26,939 nt of DNA from an uncultured Ruminococcus sp. (GTDB lineage Bacteria > Bacillota > Clostridia > Oscillospirales > CAG-272). Where the stretch lies: contig CAYSKU010000003.1 in assembly GCA_964431775.1 (NCBI GenBank), forward strand, positions 1 to 26,939. Direction: 5' to 3'. Below the pieces are notes generated by a model. That model saw only the letters and a program-made list of their open reading frames with translations, had not been told where the DNA came from and did not search any database. Positions 9,026 to 16,993 of this stretch are shown piece by piece (position 1 is the stretch's first letter; every line of letters starts with the position of its first letter). Made by a program: the position numbers and the translations under genes.

Positions 9026-9865
9026 ATGGAACAATTATTGAGAACAAGATCGCATATCGGAGCAACAGAGCCGTTTAAGCTCCTGCATATCTCCGATACT
9101 CACCTCTGTCTCGCGGACGACCGCGATGACAAACGCAAAAACGACCTTGCCGTGAGCCGTTCGAGGGTGTTCGGTGACGGCATGGATGCACTGCGCTGGA
9201 GTGCGGACGTTGCACGTGAGAACGGTGCGCTGCTCGTCCACACCGGCGACCTCATCGACTTCGTTTCCTACGCGAATCTCGATGCGGCAAAGCGGTTCAC
9301 CGATGAGAACGACTGCTTCTTCGCGGCAGGAAACCACGAATTCAGTCTGTATGTCGGTGAAGCGTGGGAGGACGAGGCGTACCGTGAACAGAGCCTTGCA
9401 CGTGTACAGGCGGCATTCAAGAACGATATCCGCTTCTCCTCACGTGTCGTTTGCGGCGTGAACCTTGTCGGTATAGATAACTCCTACTACCGCTTCGACA
9501 GGCTCCAGCTCGACCTATTGAAGCGTGAGGTCGAGCGCGGTCTCCCGATACTGCTGTTCATGCACGACCCGATGCACACGGACGAGCTCTTCCGCTACAT
9601 CCGTGAGGAGCGCGGCGACCGTATCGCGTATCTTGCCGCGACTCCACGTGAGCTTTTGTCGGATTACGATGACTACCGCTTCCGTCAGCAGTGTCCGGAC
9701 GATATAACGGTCGAGGCGGCAGAATATATCGCAGGAGAACGCTCGATCCGCGCTCTGTTTACGGGACATCTCCATTTCAGCTACGAGGTGTCGTACTACG
9801 GCAGAACGCAGTACGTGACAGGCGGCACGGGACACCGTATCGCCCGACTGATCGAGATAGATTAG
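9026..9865 (+). CDS. Calcineurin-like metallophosphoesterase
   Basis: Metal-binding motifs in order: HISDTH, TGDLID, GNHE, FMHDP, GHLH. Confidence 0.88.
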   Translation: MEQLLRTRSHIGATEPFKLLHISDTHLCLADDRDDKRKNDLAVSRSRVFGDGMDALRWSADVARENGALLVHTGDLIDFVSYANLDAAKRFTDENDCFFAAGNHEFSLYVGEAWEDEAYREQSLARVQAAFKNDIRFSSRVVCGVNLVGIDNSYYRFDRLQLDLLKREVERGLPILLFMHDPMHTDELFRYIREERGDRIAYLAATPRELLSDYDDYRFRQQCPDDITVEAAEYIAGERSIRALFTGHLHFSYEVSYYGRTQYVTGGTGHRIARLIEID

Positions 9866-9918
9866 TACCACAGCAATACCTTAGTACCACAGCAATACCT
9901 TAGTATCACAGCAATACC
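9862..9918 (+). repeat. 19-bp tandem repeat x3 (TTAGTAYCACAGCAATACC)
   Basis: Units at 9862, 9881 and 9900; one substitution in the third. Confidence 0.95.
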
Positions 9919-9928
9919 AAACTACACA

Positions 9929-11728
9929 TTGACCGAGAAAAAAAGGAAAGGCAAACGTTTCGTGAGATATTTTTTCGTTAGATTCAAAGGACAGCTCCTG
10001 CGGCTGCTTGCGGCAGTGTCGGTCTTCGGAGTGGCTCTGCTCGTGCTTCTGTATTTTCTCGGCTATTACGATCTCTCCTTCCTCGACCGCTACAAGGTAC
10101 TCGGTGAGCTTCTGAACGAGCCGCAGACCTCACAGTCGCAGACACAGGGCAATATCTCCGCGCTGTTCGACCCCTCATCGCTCCTCGGGGACGACCCTAC
10201 CTCTGATATCACGCTGCCCGATCCCTTTGCAGGTGACGGGGATGTGTCGGGGGAGGTCGGCGCACCTGACGATGTCGCCGACACGTCCGAGGGGGAGATC
10301 GGCGGAGCGGATGTGACGAGCTACGAAAGCACCTCCGTCAAGCGTGTGTTCGATGCCACACGTCTTCCCGACAAGCTGTTGTCCGAGCTTCGTTCGGGTT
10401 CGATGACCGTTTCGGAGCTTGAGGCGGACGGCTATCGCACGTGCGGTATATCGTATTCGGAGGCAGGGCTTTCGTTCGCGCCCTCCGATGAGAAGGAGAG
10501 CGAGGAGGATGCGCCGACCGTTTCGTCCGGCTACTACACGCCGGGAGAGACCGTACTCGGGCGACTGACGTTTTCGTTCCAGCTTCCCGACTCACTGTCG
10601 AAGCGCAGGAGGCAGGAGGTACGCGAGGAGGTAGTCGCGCCGTCCGATGACGGAGAATGGTATGTGGAGACACATACGGTACGTTCGATCAGACCGGCGG
10701 TCGAGCTGTACATGGGCTACATCATGCTCGATGACGGAAAGGAGCTGTCGCTGATAGCCTCCGATGCGACGCCGCTCTGCAAGATAGACGAGCGGGTATA
10801 TTTTCCGGCATACGAGCGTGACAGGTACGACCGTCCTCTTTTCTACCGCAAGACGGAGAGTGGGGAGAGGGTATACCTGTACCTTGCGCCGAGCGGTCTT
10901 AACTTTGTAGCCTCGTCCTATGACGAGGTCGCGGACGGTCGCGGTCTGTCGTTCGACTATCCGTCCTACTACGGAAGGTCGGATTCGGCGGTGACGACCG
11001 ACCGAAACGGAGTTACGGGGCGCATGGCGTACGTACTGCGCGGAGTCGGTATGCTGACGGGGTACGACTTTACGAGGGCGTACTCGTTCACGGAGGGCTA
11101 TGCGGCGGTGACGACTCAAAAGAACCGCGGCGGTCTATACTATATCGACGAGAGCGGCAAGCGTGCGTTCGAGACGTGGCGTTACTACTTCAACGAGCAC
11201 GGACGAGACGTTTACGAGAACCTGATGCCTCCGCTGACGAACGGTATCGAGAGCATCGGCTTCTACTATTTCGACCACGGCTTGACGAGGGTACGCAGGC
11301 AGGTGATCGATGCGTACAACTGGGCGTATGTGGGGAGGGTCCGCACGACCAAGGATGAGCAGGTGCTTCTCCGCCCGGACGGCTCGGAGTACGAGCTTCC
11401 GGCAGGGTACGCTCTCGAGGGGTACTCTGACGGCTGTATCCTTTTATCGAAGGACGGTCTGTACGGCTTCACGGACTACACGGGCGAATGGATAGCGCAG
11501 CCGATATACAAGTCGGCAACGCCGTTTGTCGGCGGACTTGCGACACTGACGACCGAGGACGGACGTGTCGGCATGATCGACACGGAGGGGAACATCGTTT
11601 TGCAGTTCACCTTCGACTACATCTCACAGGTCTCGGACGGACTCGTTGCGGCGTACCGTATCGAGAACGGCTGGACGGTCTTCAAGCTGATGGAAAAGGG
11701 GACTGCAAGCGGCGTGGGACGTGCGTGA
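9929..11728 (+). CDS. Membrane-anchored WG-repeat-containing protein (TTG start, uncertain)
   Basis: Basic N-terminus plus TM helix; C-terminal repeats such as FTEGYAAV, YSDGCILLSKDGLYGFTDYTGEWI, FVGGLATL..GRVGMIDTEGNIV. Confidence 0.72.
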   Translation: MTEKKRKGKRFVRYFFVRFKGQLLRLLAAVSVFGVALLVLLYFLGYYDLSFLDRYKVLGELLNEPQTSQSQTQGNISALFDPSSLLGDDPTSDITLPDPFAGDGDVSGEVGAPDDVADTSEGEIGGADVTSYESTSVKRVFDATRLPDKLLSELRSGSMTVSELEADGYRTCGISYSEAGLSFAPSDEKESEEDAPTVSSGYYTPGETVLGRLTFSFQLPDSLSKRRRQEVREEVVAPSDDGEWYVETHTVRSIRPAVELYMGYIMLDDGKELSLIASDATPLCKIDERVYFPAYERDRYDRPLFYRKTESGERVYLYLAPSGLNFVASSYDEVADGRGLSFDYPSYYGRSDSAVTTDRNGVTGRMAYVLRGVGMLTGYDFTRAYSFTEGYAAVTTQKNRGGLYYIDESGKRAFETWRYYFNEHGRDVYENLMPPLTNGIESIGFYYFDHGLTRVRRQVIDAYNWAYVGRVRTTKDEQVLLRPDGSEYELPAGYALEGYSDGCILLSKDGLYGFTDYTGEWIAQPIYKSATPFVGGLATLTTEDGRVGMIDTEGNIVLQFTFDYISQVSDGLVAAYRIENGWTVFKLMEKGTASGVGRA

Positions 11729-11803
11729 GTCGAATATCAACGTGATTTAAATTTTTAATTTAAATAAAAGTAAAACAACAAAAAAACGAAAGAGGTAAGG
11801 AAT

Positions 11804-12355
11804 ATGCCTATATTTGGTAAGAAAAAGAACGAGAACGCGGAAAACGAAAAAGAGAATCCGGCAGTTGAGAAGGAAGCTGCGGCGGCTGAGCCTGAGACTG
11901 CGGTCGAGGAGCAGGGAGCGTCTGCACAGGGAGCGAGAAAGTTCGAGACGCCAGAGGGCTTTGATTTCAACAGATATTTTCTGGCTGAGAGACGGATCGT
12001 GCTTGAGAACGTAAGCTACGAGGTACATCCGGCGCAGCCGAGCACGAGCATGAAGCTGAACGGCAAGGACACGATCATAGCGCAGATCGCCGGACAGGCA
12101 GGAGTCAAGGTAACGTACAACCGCACGCTACAGTTTGAGCCGGAGGGACCGTTCTCCCTGTCGGTATCCTTTGCGGTGATGCTCGTATTCAACCCGGGTA
12201 CGAGAGACGAGGTCGATTGGAAGACCATTGACGTTGCGAACGAGTTCCGCAAGGCTTGTCCCGCGCTCGTAAGCTCCATGATGAGCCGTTCGACCCTTCT
12301 CGTAGCCGAGATAACCTCCGCCTCCGGTGGCGCACCCATCATCCCCATGAAATAG
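11804..12355 (+). CDS. Hypothetical protein (183 aa), possibly SecB-like fold
   Basis: RBS GAGGTAAGGA; acidic disordered N-terminus; C-terminal LLVAEITSASGGAPIIP. Confidence 0.75.
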   Translation: MPIFGKKKNENAENEKENPAVEKEAAAAEPETAVEEQGASAQGARKFETPEGFDFNRYFLAERRIVLENVSYEVHPAQPSTSMKLNGKDTIIAQIAGQAGVKVTYNRTLQFEPEGPFSLSVSFAVMLVFNPGTRDEVDWKTIDVANEFRKACPALVSSMMSRSTLLVAEITSASGGAPIIPMK

Positions 12356-12359
12356 GTCG

Positions 12360-12609
12360 GCGGCGTGACGCCGCAGGCAGTCATCGGCGCACTTTCGGTT
12401 TAAATTGAAAGATATCCCACGACAATACCATTTGTGCAGGCTCGTCTTGAGGCTCCCTACGGGAGGGAGCTGTCGCGGTCGCCATTTGTGGCGACGACAG
12501 CGACTGAAGGAGAGTGCGTAACAATAGATCTGTACAAATAAAATTGTCGTGGGTCGTCTTCCGATTTTGACTGAAATAACGCCGATGTCTGCCTGTCGGC
12601 TCAGCCGAC
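12360..12609. repeat. Composite repeat: H + core(+, 12383-12438) + module B (12449-12530) + core(-, 12531-12586) + H(-, 12595-12609)
   Basis: Direct alignment; module B here is a near-identical reverse complement of ~871-953. Confidence 0.92.
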
Positions 12610-12655
12610 CGCATTTCCTATCTATTATACCACTATATTATAGAAAAGTAACCTA

Positions 12656-14713
12656 ATGAAAAAAAAAGATCAATATAATAACCAATCGATAACATCGTTA
12701 AAGGGACCTGACCGTGTGCGAAAAAGACCTGCGGTCATTTTCGGCTCGGACGGTCTTGAAGGCTGTGAGCATTCCGTTTTCGAGATCCTCTCAAACTCTG
12801 TCGATGAGGCTAAGGAGGGCTTCGGAAACGTTATAAATATTACCGCGTACCGTGACAAGTCCATCGAGGTCGAGGACTTCGGGCGCGGTCTTCCCGTCGG
12901 CTGGAACGAAGCCGAGAACCGCTGGAACTGGGAGCTCGTCTACTGTGAGCTTTACGCCGGCGGCAAATACGACAACAACTCCGACGGCTCGGCTTACGAG
13001 TATTCGCTCGGTCTGAACGGTCTCGGTGCTTGCGCGACACAGTATTCGAGTGAGTATTTCGAGGTACGCTCCTATGACGGAACGAACGTTTCGGAGATAC
13101 ATTTCGAAAAGGGCGAGCCTGTCACGGAGCTGACGGTCAGACCCCTTGAAAAGCGCGAGAAGCGCACCGGCACTGTTCAGCACTGGAGACCAGACCTTGA
13201 CGTCTTCACCGACATCGACATTCCGCGTGAATACTTCACCGATATGCTGAAGCGTCAGGCAGTCGCGAACCCCGGGATACATTTCGTCTTCCGTTGGGAG
13301 GTCGAGACTCCGCCGGAGGGGAGCGAGGATAGTGCGAAAAGGTCAAAAAAGAGCGCGAACGTTCCCGAAAGGTATTTCGAGACCGAGGAATTCTACTACG
13401 AGAACGGTATCGAGGACTACGTAGCGGAGGTTGCGGGTGACACTGCCGAAACGAAGGTCGCACACTTCCACCTTGAGACGAAGGGTCGTGACCGTGCGGA
13501 CATGAAGGACTACAAGCTCCTTGTTGACGTTGCGTTCACGGTATCGAAGACCGTCCATATGCTCGAATACTACCACAACTCGAGCTTTCTCGAGCATGGC
13601 GGCTCACCCGAACGTGCGGTAAAGACGGCGTTCGTATACGCGATAGACAAGAGGCTCAAGGCGACCGGAAAGTACAACAAGAACGAAGCGAAGATAACGT
13701 TCCAGGATATCGAGGACTGTCTGATACTCGTGACGAACGGCTTTTCGACACAGGCCTCCTACGCGAACCAGACCAAAAAGGCGATCACGAACTCGTTCAT
13801 CGCGGAGGCGATGACGGACTTTTTGAAGGAGCAGCTCGAGTATTTCTTCGCGGAGAATCCGCTCGATGCGGACAAGCTGACCGCGCAGGTACTCGTGAAC
13901 AAGCGTTCGCGTGAGCAAGCGGAATCAACGAGGCTCAATCTAAAGAAGAAGCTGACGTCATCGACAGACGTAGCAAGCAGAGTTGAGAAATTTGTAGCGT
14001 GTCGATCGAAGGATGCGGCGGTACGTGAGCTGTATATAGTTGAGGGAGACTCGGCTATGACGTCCTGCAAGCTGGCGCGCAACGCGGAGTTTCAGGCGAT
14101 AATTCCGGTACGCGGAAAGACGCTTAACTGCATGAAGGCGACCTACGACCGCATATTCAAGAGTGACATAATAGTCGATCTGCTCCGAGTTATCGGGTGT
14201 GGTGTCGAGATACAGACGAAGAACAAGTCTGACATGGTGCCGTTCGACATGGCGAATCTGCGGTGGTCGAAGATAATCATATGCACCGATGCGGACGAGG
14301 ACGGCTTCCAGATACGGACGCTGCTGTTGACGTTATTCTACCGACTTCTGCCGACCCTGTTAAAGGAGGGGCGCATATACATTGCGGAGTCGCCGCTCTA
14401 CGAGATCACTCCGGCGAAGGGCGAGTCGCTGTTTGCGTACAACGAACCCGAAAAAGCGGAGATCATAAAGAAGCTCGAAGGGTCGAAGACGAAGTACACC
14501 CTGCAACGTTCGAAGGGGCTTGGTGAGAACGAGGCGCAGATGATGTCGAAGACGACGATGGATCCGGCATCGCGCCGACTGATCCGAGTCACGCCGTCCG
14601 ATGCGGCTGAGACCGCACGTATGTTCGAGCTCATGCTCGGCGACGATCTTGCCGGACGTAAGCGGTACATTGCCGAGCACGGTGCCGAATACCTCTCCGT
14701 CGCCGACATATAG
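12656..14713 (+). CDS. Type IIA DNA topoisomerase subunit B (GyrB/ParE family; gyrase vs topo IV not resolved)
   Basis: GHKL ATPase motifs (EILSNSVDE, DFGRGLP, LYAGGKY, GLNGLGA), TOPRIM ELYIVEGDSA, PVRGK, ICTDADEDG, QRSKGLGE. Confidence 0.92.
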   Translation: MKKKDQYNNQSITSLKGPDRVRKRPAVIFGSDGLEGCEHSVFEILSNSVDEAKEGFGNVINITAYRDKSIEVEDFGRGLPVGWNEAENRWNWELVYCELYAGGKYDNNSDGSAYEYSLGLNGLGACATQYSSEYFEVRSYDGTNVSEIHFEKGEPVTELTVRPLEKREKRTGTVQHWRPDLDVFTDIDIPREYFTDMLKRQAVANPGIHFVFRWEVETPPEGSEDSAKRSKKSANVPERYFETEEFYYENGIEDYVAEVAGDTAETKVAHFHLETKGRDRADMKDYKLLVDVAFTVSKTVHMLEYYHNSSFLEHGGSPERAVKTAFVYAIDKRLKATGKYNKNEAKITFQDIEDCLILVTNGFSTQASYANQTKKAITNSFIAEAMTDFLKEQLEYFFAENPLDADKLTAQVLVNKRSREQAESTRLNLKKKLTSSTDVASRVEKFVACRSKDAAVRELYIVEGDSAMTSCKLARNAEFQAIIPVRGKTLNCMKATYDRIFKSDIIVDLLRVIGCGVEIQTKNKSDMVPFDMANLRWSKIIICTDADEDGFQIRTLLLTLFYRLLPTLLKEGRIYIAESPLYEITPAKGESLFAYNEPEKAEIIKKLEGSKTKYTLQRSKGLGENEAQMMSKTTMDPASRRLIRVTPSDAAETARMFELMLGDDLAGRKRYIAEHGAEYLSVADI

Positions 14714-14716
14714 TCG

Positions 14717-14852
14717 GGCGGCTGAGCCGCCAGACGGTCATCGGGGCGGCTGAGCCGCCAGACGGTCATCGGCGTTCGTGAAGTTTAGGCTGAAAGCGAT
14801 CCCACGACAATATCATTTGTGCAGGGCAGCTGAGCCGGCGGTCTCAGACCGC
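14717..14852. repeat. Two 28-bp H units + core(+, 14768-14823) + reverse H (14838-14852)
   Basis: GGCGGC-TGA-GCCGCC at 14717 and 14745, starting 3 nt after the stop codon. Confidence 0.9.
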
Positions 14853-14949
14853 CGCCGCTTCATGCTTGCGCTCCTCTTCCGCTGCCAACGCGCCTCCCAT
14901 AGGAGGTTTCAAGCTGTAAAAAATTTTTTCCATAACGGAGGACTTACAT

Positions 14950-16455
14950 ATGCTGAGATCAACATTGCATCTTCATCCCGCTTTTACTGTCGGAGATGTC
15001 GATCCGCGTATCTTCGGCTCGTTCATCGAGCATCTCGGTCGTGCCGTGTATCACGGTATCTACGAACCGGATCACCCGACCGCCGATGACGAGGGCTTCC
15101 GCGGCGACGTCCTCGAAATGGTCAAAAAGCTCGGTGTGCCGATCGTTCGCTACCCGGGCGGTAACTTTGTTTCCGGCTACCGTTGGGAGGACGGCACAGG
15201 CGACCGTGCAAAGCGTCCGCGCCGTCTCGAGCTTGCATGGGGCGTTACCGAAACGAACGAGGTCGGTATCGATGAATTCCAGAGCTGGTGCAAAAAGGCA
15301 GGCTCCGAAGTCATGATGGCGGTCAACCTCGGTACTCGCGGACCGGAGGAGGCTCGTCAGCTCGTTGAATACTGCAACCACCCGGGCGGAACCGAGTATT
15401 CGGATCGTCGTCGTGCAAACGGCTTCGAGGAGCCGTTCGGCATCAAGGTATGGTGTCTCGGTAACGAGATGGACGGCTCGTGGCAGATGGGTGCGAAGAC
15501 CGCGACAGAGTACGGTCGTATCGCCGCAGAGGCGGCAAAGCTCATGAAGTGGACAGACCCGTCCATTGAGCTTGTAGCCTGCGGTGCATCGGGCTACGGT
15601 ATGTGCGGTGACTGGGAAGCGGAGGTACTTCGTCACGTTTACGATCACGTTGACTACATCTCCCTTCACAGCTACTACGGCAACCCTGCGAACGACACCC
15701 CGACGTTCCTTGCCTCGAGCCTCGACATGGAGACGTTCATCCGCACGGTCTGCGGCATTGCCGACTACATCAAGAAGATCAAGCATTCGAACAAGACGAT
15801 GTATCTGTCGTTTGACGAATGGAACGTATGGTTCCACAGCCACGGCGTTCCGTTTGAGAAGTGGTCTGTCGCGCCGCCGCAGCTCGAGGACATATACACG
15901 TTCGAGGACGCGCTCGTTGTCGGCTGTCTGATGATGACTCTGCTTCGCCACTGTGACCGCGTAAAGATGGCTTGTCTTGCACAGCTGGTGAACGTCATAG
16001 CACCGATCATGACGGAGAACAGCGAAAACGGCGGACGTTGCTTTGCACAGACGATCTTTTATCCGTTCATGTATATGTCGCGCTACGCACGAGGCACAGT
16101 GCTTGACGCCAGAGTCGTCTGCGACAAGTATTCGACCGCGCACGTCAAGGATGTACCGTACATCGAGTCACTCGCGGTGCTTCACGAGGACACGTCCGAG
16201 CTTGACATATTCGCGGTGAACCGTTCGCTTGACGAGGACAGCGACTTTACCATCGATCTGTCCGCGTTCGGCAGCTCTGTCGAGGTGATCGAGCATATCA
16301 CGATGACCAACGACGATCTCAAGGCTGTGAACACTGCGGACGATCCCGAGAACGTCATACCCGAAGCGAACGGTGATGCGACCGCAAGCGGCACGACCCT
16401 CACCGCGACCCTCGGCAAGCACTCCTGGAATATGCTCCGCGTAAAGGTCGGCTGA
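14950..16455 (+). CDS. abfA: Alpha-L-arabinofuranosidase, GH51
   Basis: IFGSFIEHLGRAVYHGIY, RYPGGNFVSGYRWEDG, WCLGNEMDG (acid/base), LSFDEWNVW (nucleophile), AQLVNVIAPI; RBS GGAGG. Confidence 0.95.
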   Translation: MLRSTLHLHPAFTVGDVDPRIFGSFIEHLGRAVYHGIYEPDHPTADDEGFRGDVLEMVKKLGVPIVRYPGGNFVSGYRWEDGTGDRAKRPRRLELAWGVTETNEVGIDEFQSWCKKAGSEVMMAVNLGTRGPEEARQLVEYCNHPGGTEYSDRRRANGFEEPFGIKVWCLGNEMDGSWQMGAKTATEYGRIAAEAAKLMKWTDPSIELVACGASGYGMCGDWEAEVLRHVYDHVDYISLHSYYGNPANDTPTFLASSLDMETFIRTVCGIADYIKKIKHSNKTMYLSFDEWNVWFHSHGVPFEKWSVAPPQLEDIYTFEDALVVGCLMMTLLRHCDRVKMACLAQLVNVIAPIMTENSENGGRCFAQTIFYPFMYMSRYARGTVLDARVVCDKYSTAHVKDVPYIESLAVLHEDTSELDIFAVNRSLDEDSDFTIDLSAFGSSVEVIEHITMTNDDLKAVNTADDPENVIPEANGDATASGTTLTATLGKHSWNMLRVKVG

Positions 16456-16542
16456 GCCGACGGGCGGTCATCGGCGTTCGTGCAGTTGAAATTGGGAGAT
16501 ATCCCACGACAATTTCATCTATGCAGATCTAGGCGGTCTGCA
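16447..16542 (+). repeat. H (loop is the abfA stop) + core(+, 16470-16525) + tail
   Basis: GTCGGC-TGA-GCCGAC at 16447-16461; TGA at 16453-16455 ends the ORF. Confidence 0.92.
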
Positions 16543-16567
16543 AGAAAAGCTCCCATACGAATAATAA

Positions 16568-16613
16568 AACAGCAAGCTCCGGCAGATCGTTTGTCCTGTC
16601 GGAGCTTGCTGTT
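16568..16613. terminator. Probable bidirectional terminator between convergent abfA and ABC genes
   Basis: 18-bp stem AACAGCAAGCTCCGGCAG / CTGTCGGAGCTTGCTGTT (one G-U), A-rich on the left and T-rich on the right. Confidence 0.7.
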
Positions 16614-16658
16614 ATTTTGTCAGCTTCACGTTTAGGCTTTCTTCATGAGGTGCGGTCA

Positions 16659-16993
16659 GTCGGCGGTCGGTGAAGTCAAAATTGTATGATATCCCATGAT
16701 GGTGTAGATAATGCGTTATAATAAAGCAATTCTAAGCTTAATGTAACGCACTCTCCTTCAGTCGTCGTTGTCGCCTCAGCCGATCTTATAGACCAAGTCT
16801 GCACAAACTCCACCATCGTGGGATATCTCCCAACTTAAACTGCACGAACGCCGATTCATGCCCATCGCCTCAGGCGACCCGATGACTGCCTGTCGGCTCA
16901 GGCGACACGATTCATGCACCAATAACATTGTCGTGGGATGTCTCCCAACCTAAACTGCACGAACGCCGATTCATGCCCGTCGCCTCAGGCGAC
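16659..16993. repeat. Degenerate core(+, 16659-16715), partial module B (16742-16775), cores(-) at 16800-16855 and 16915-16970, H units to 16993
   Basis: Direct alignment; the terminal hairpin overlaps the TAG stop of the minus-strand ABC gene by one base. Confidence 0.88.

Noticed and set aside
12659-12667. A9 run after the topoisomerase start as a phase-variation site
   Set aside because: Simply three N-terminal Lys codons; common, and no evidence of switching.
14959-16143. 394-aa antisense ORF (likewise 1644-2552, 4953-5849 and others)
   Set aside because: Antisense to confidently identified genes; expected from high GC and codon bias.
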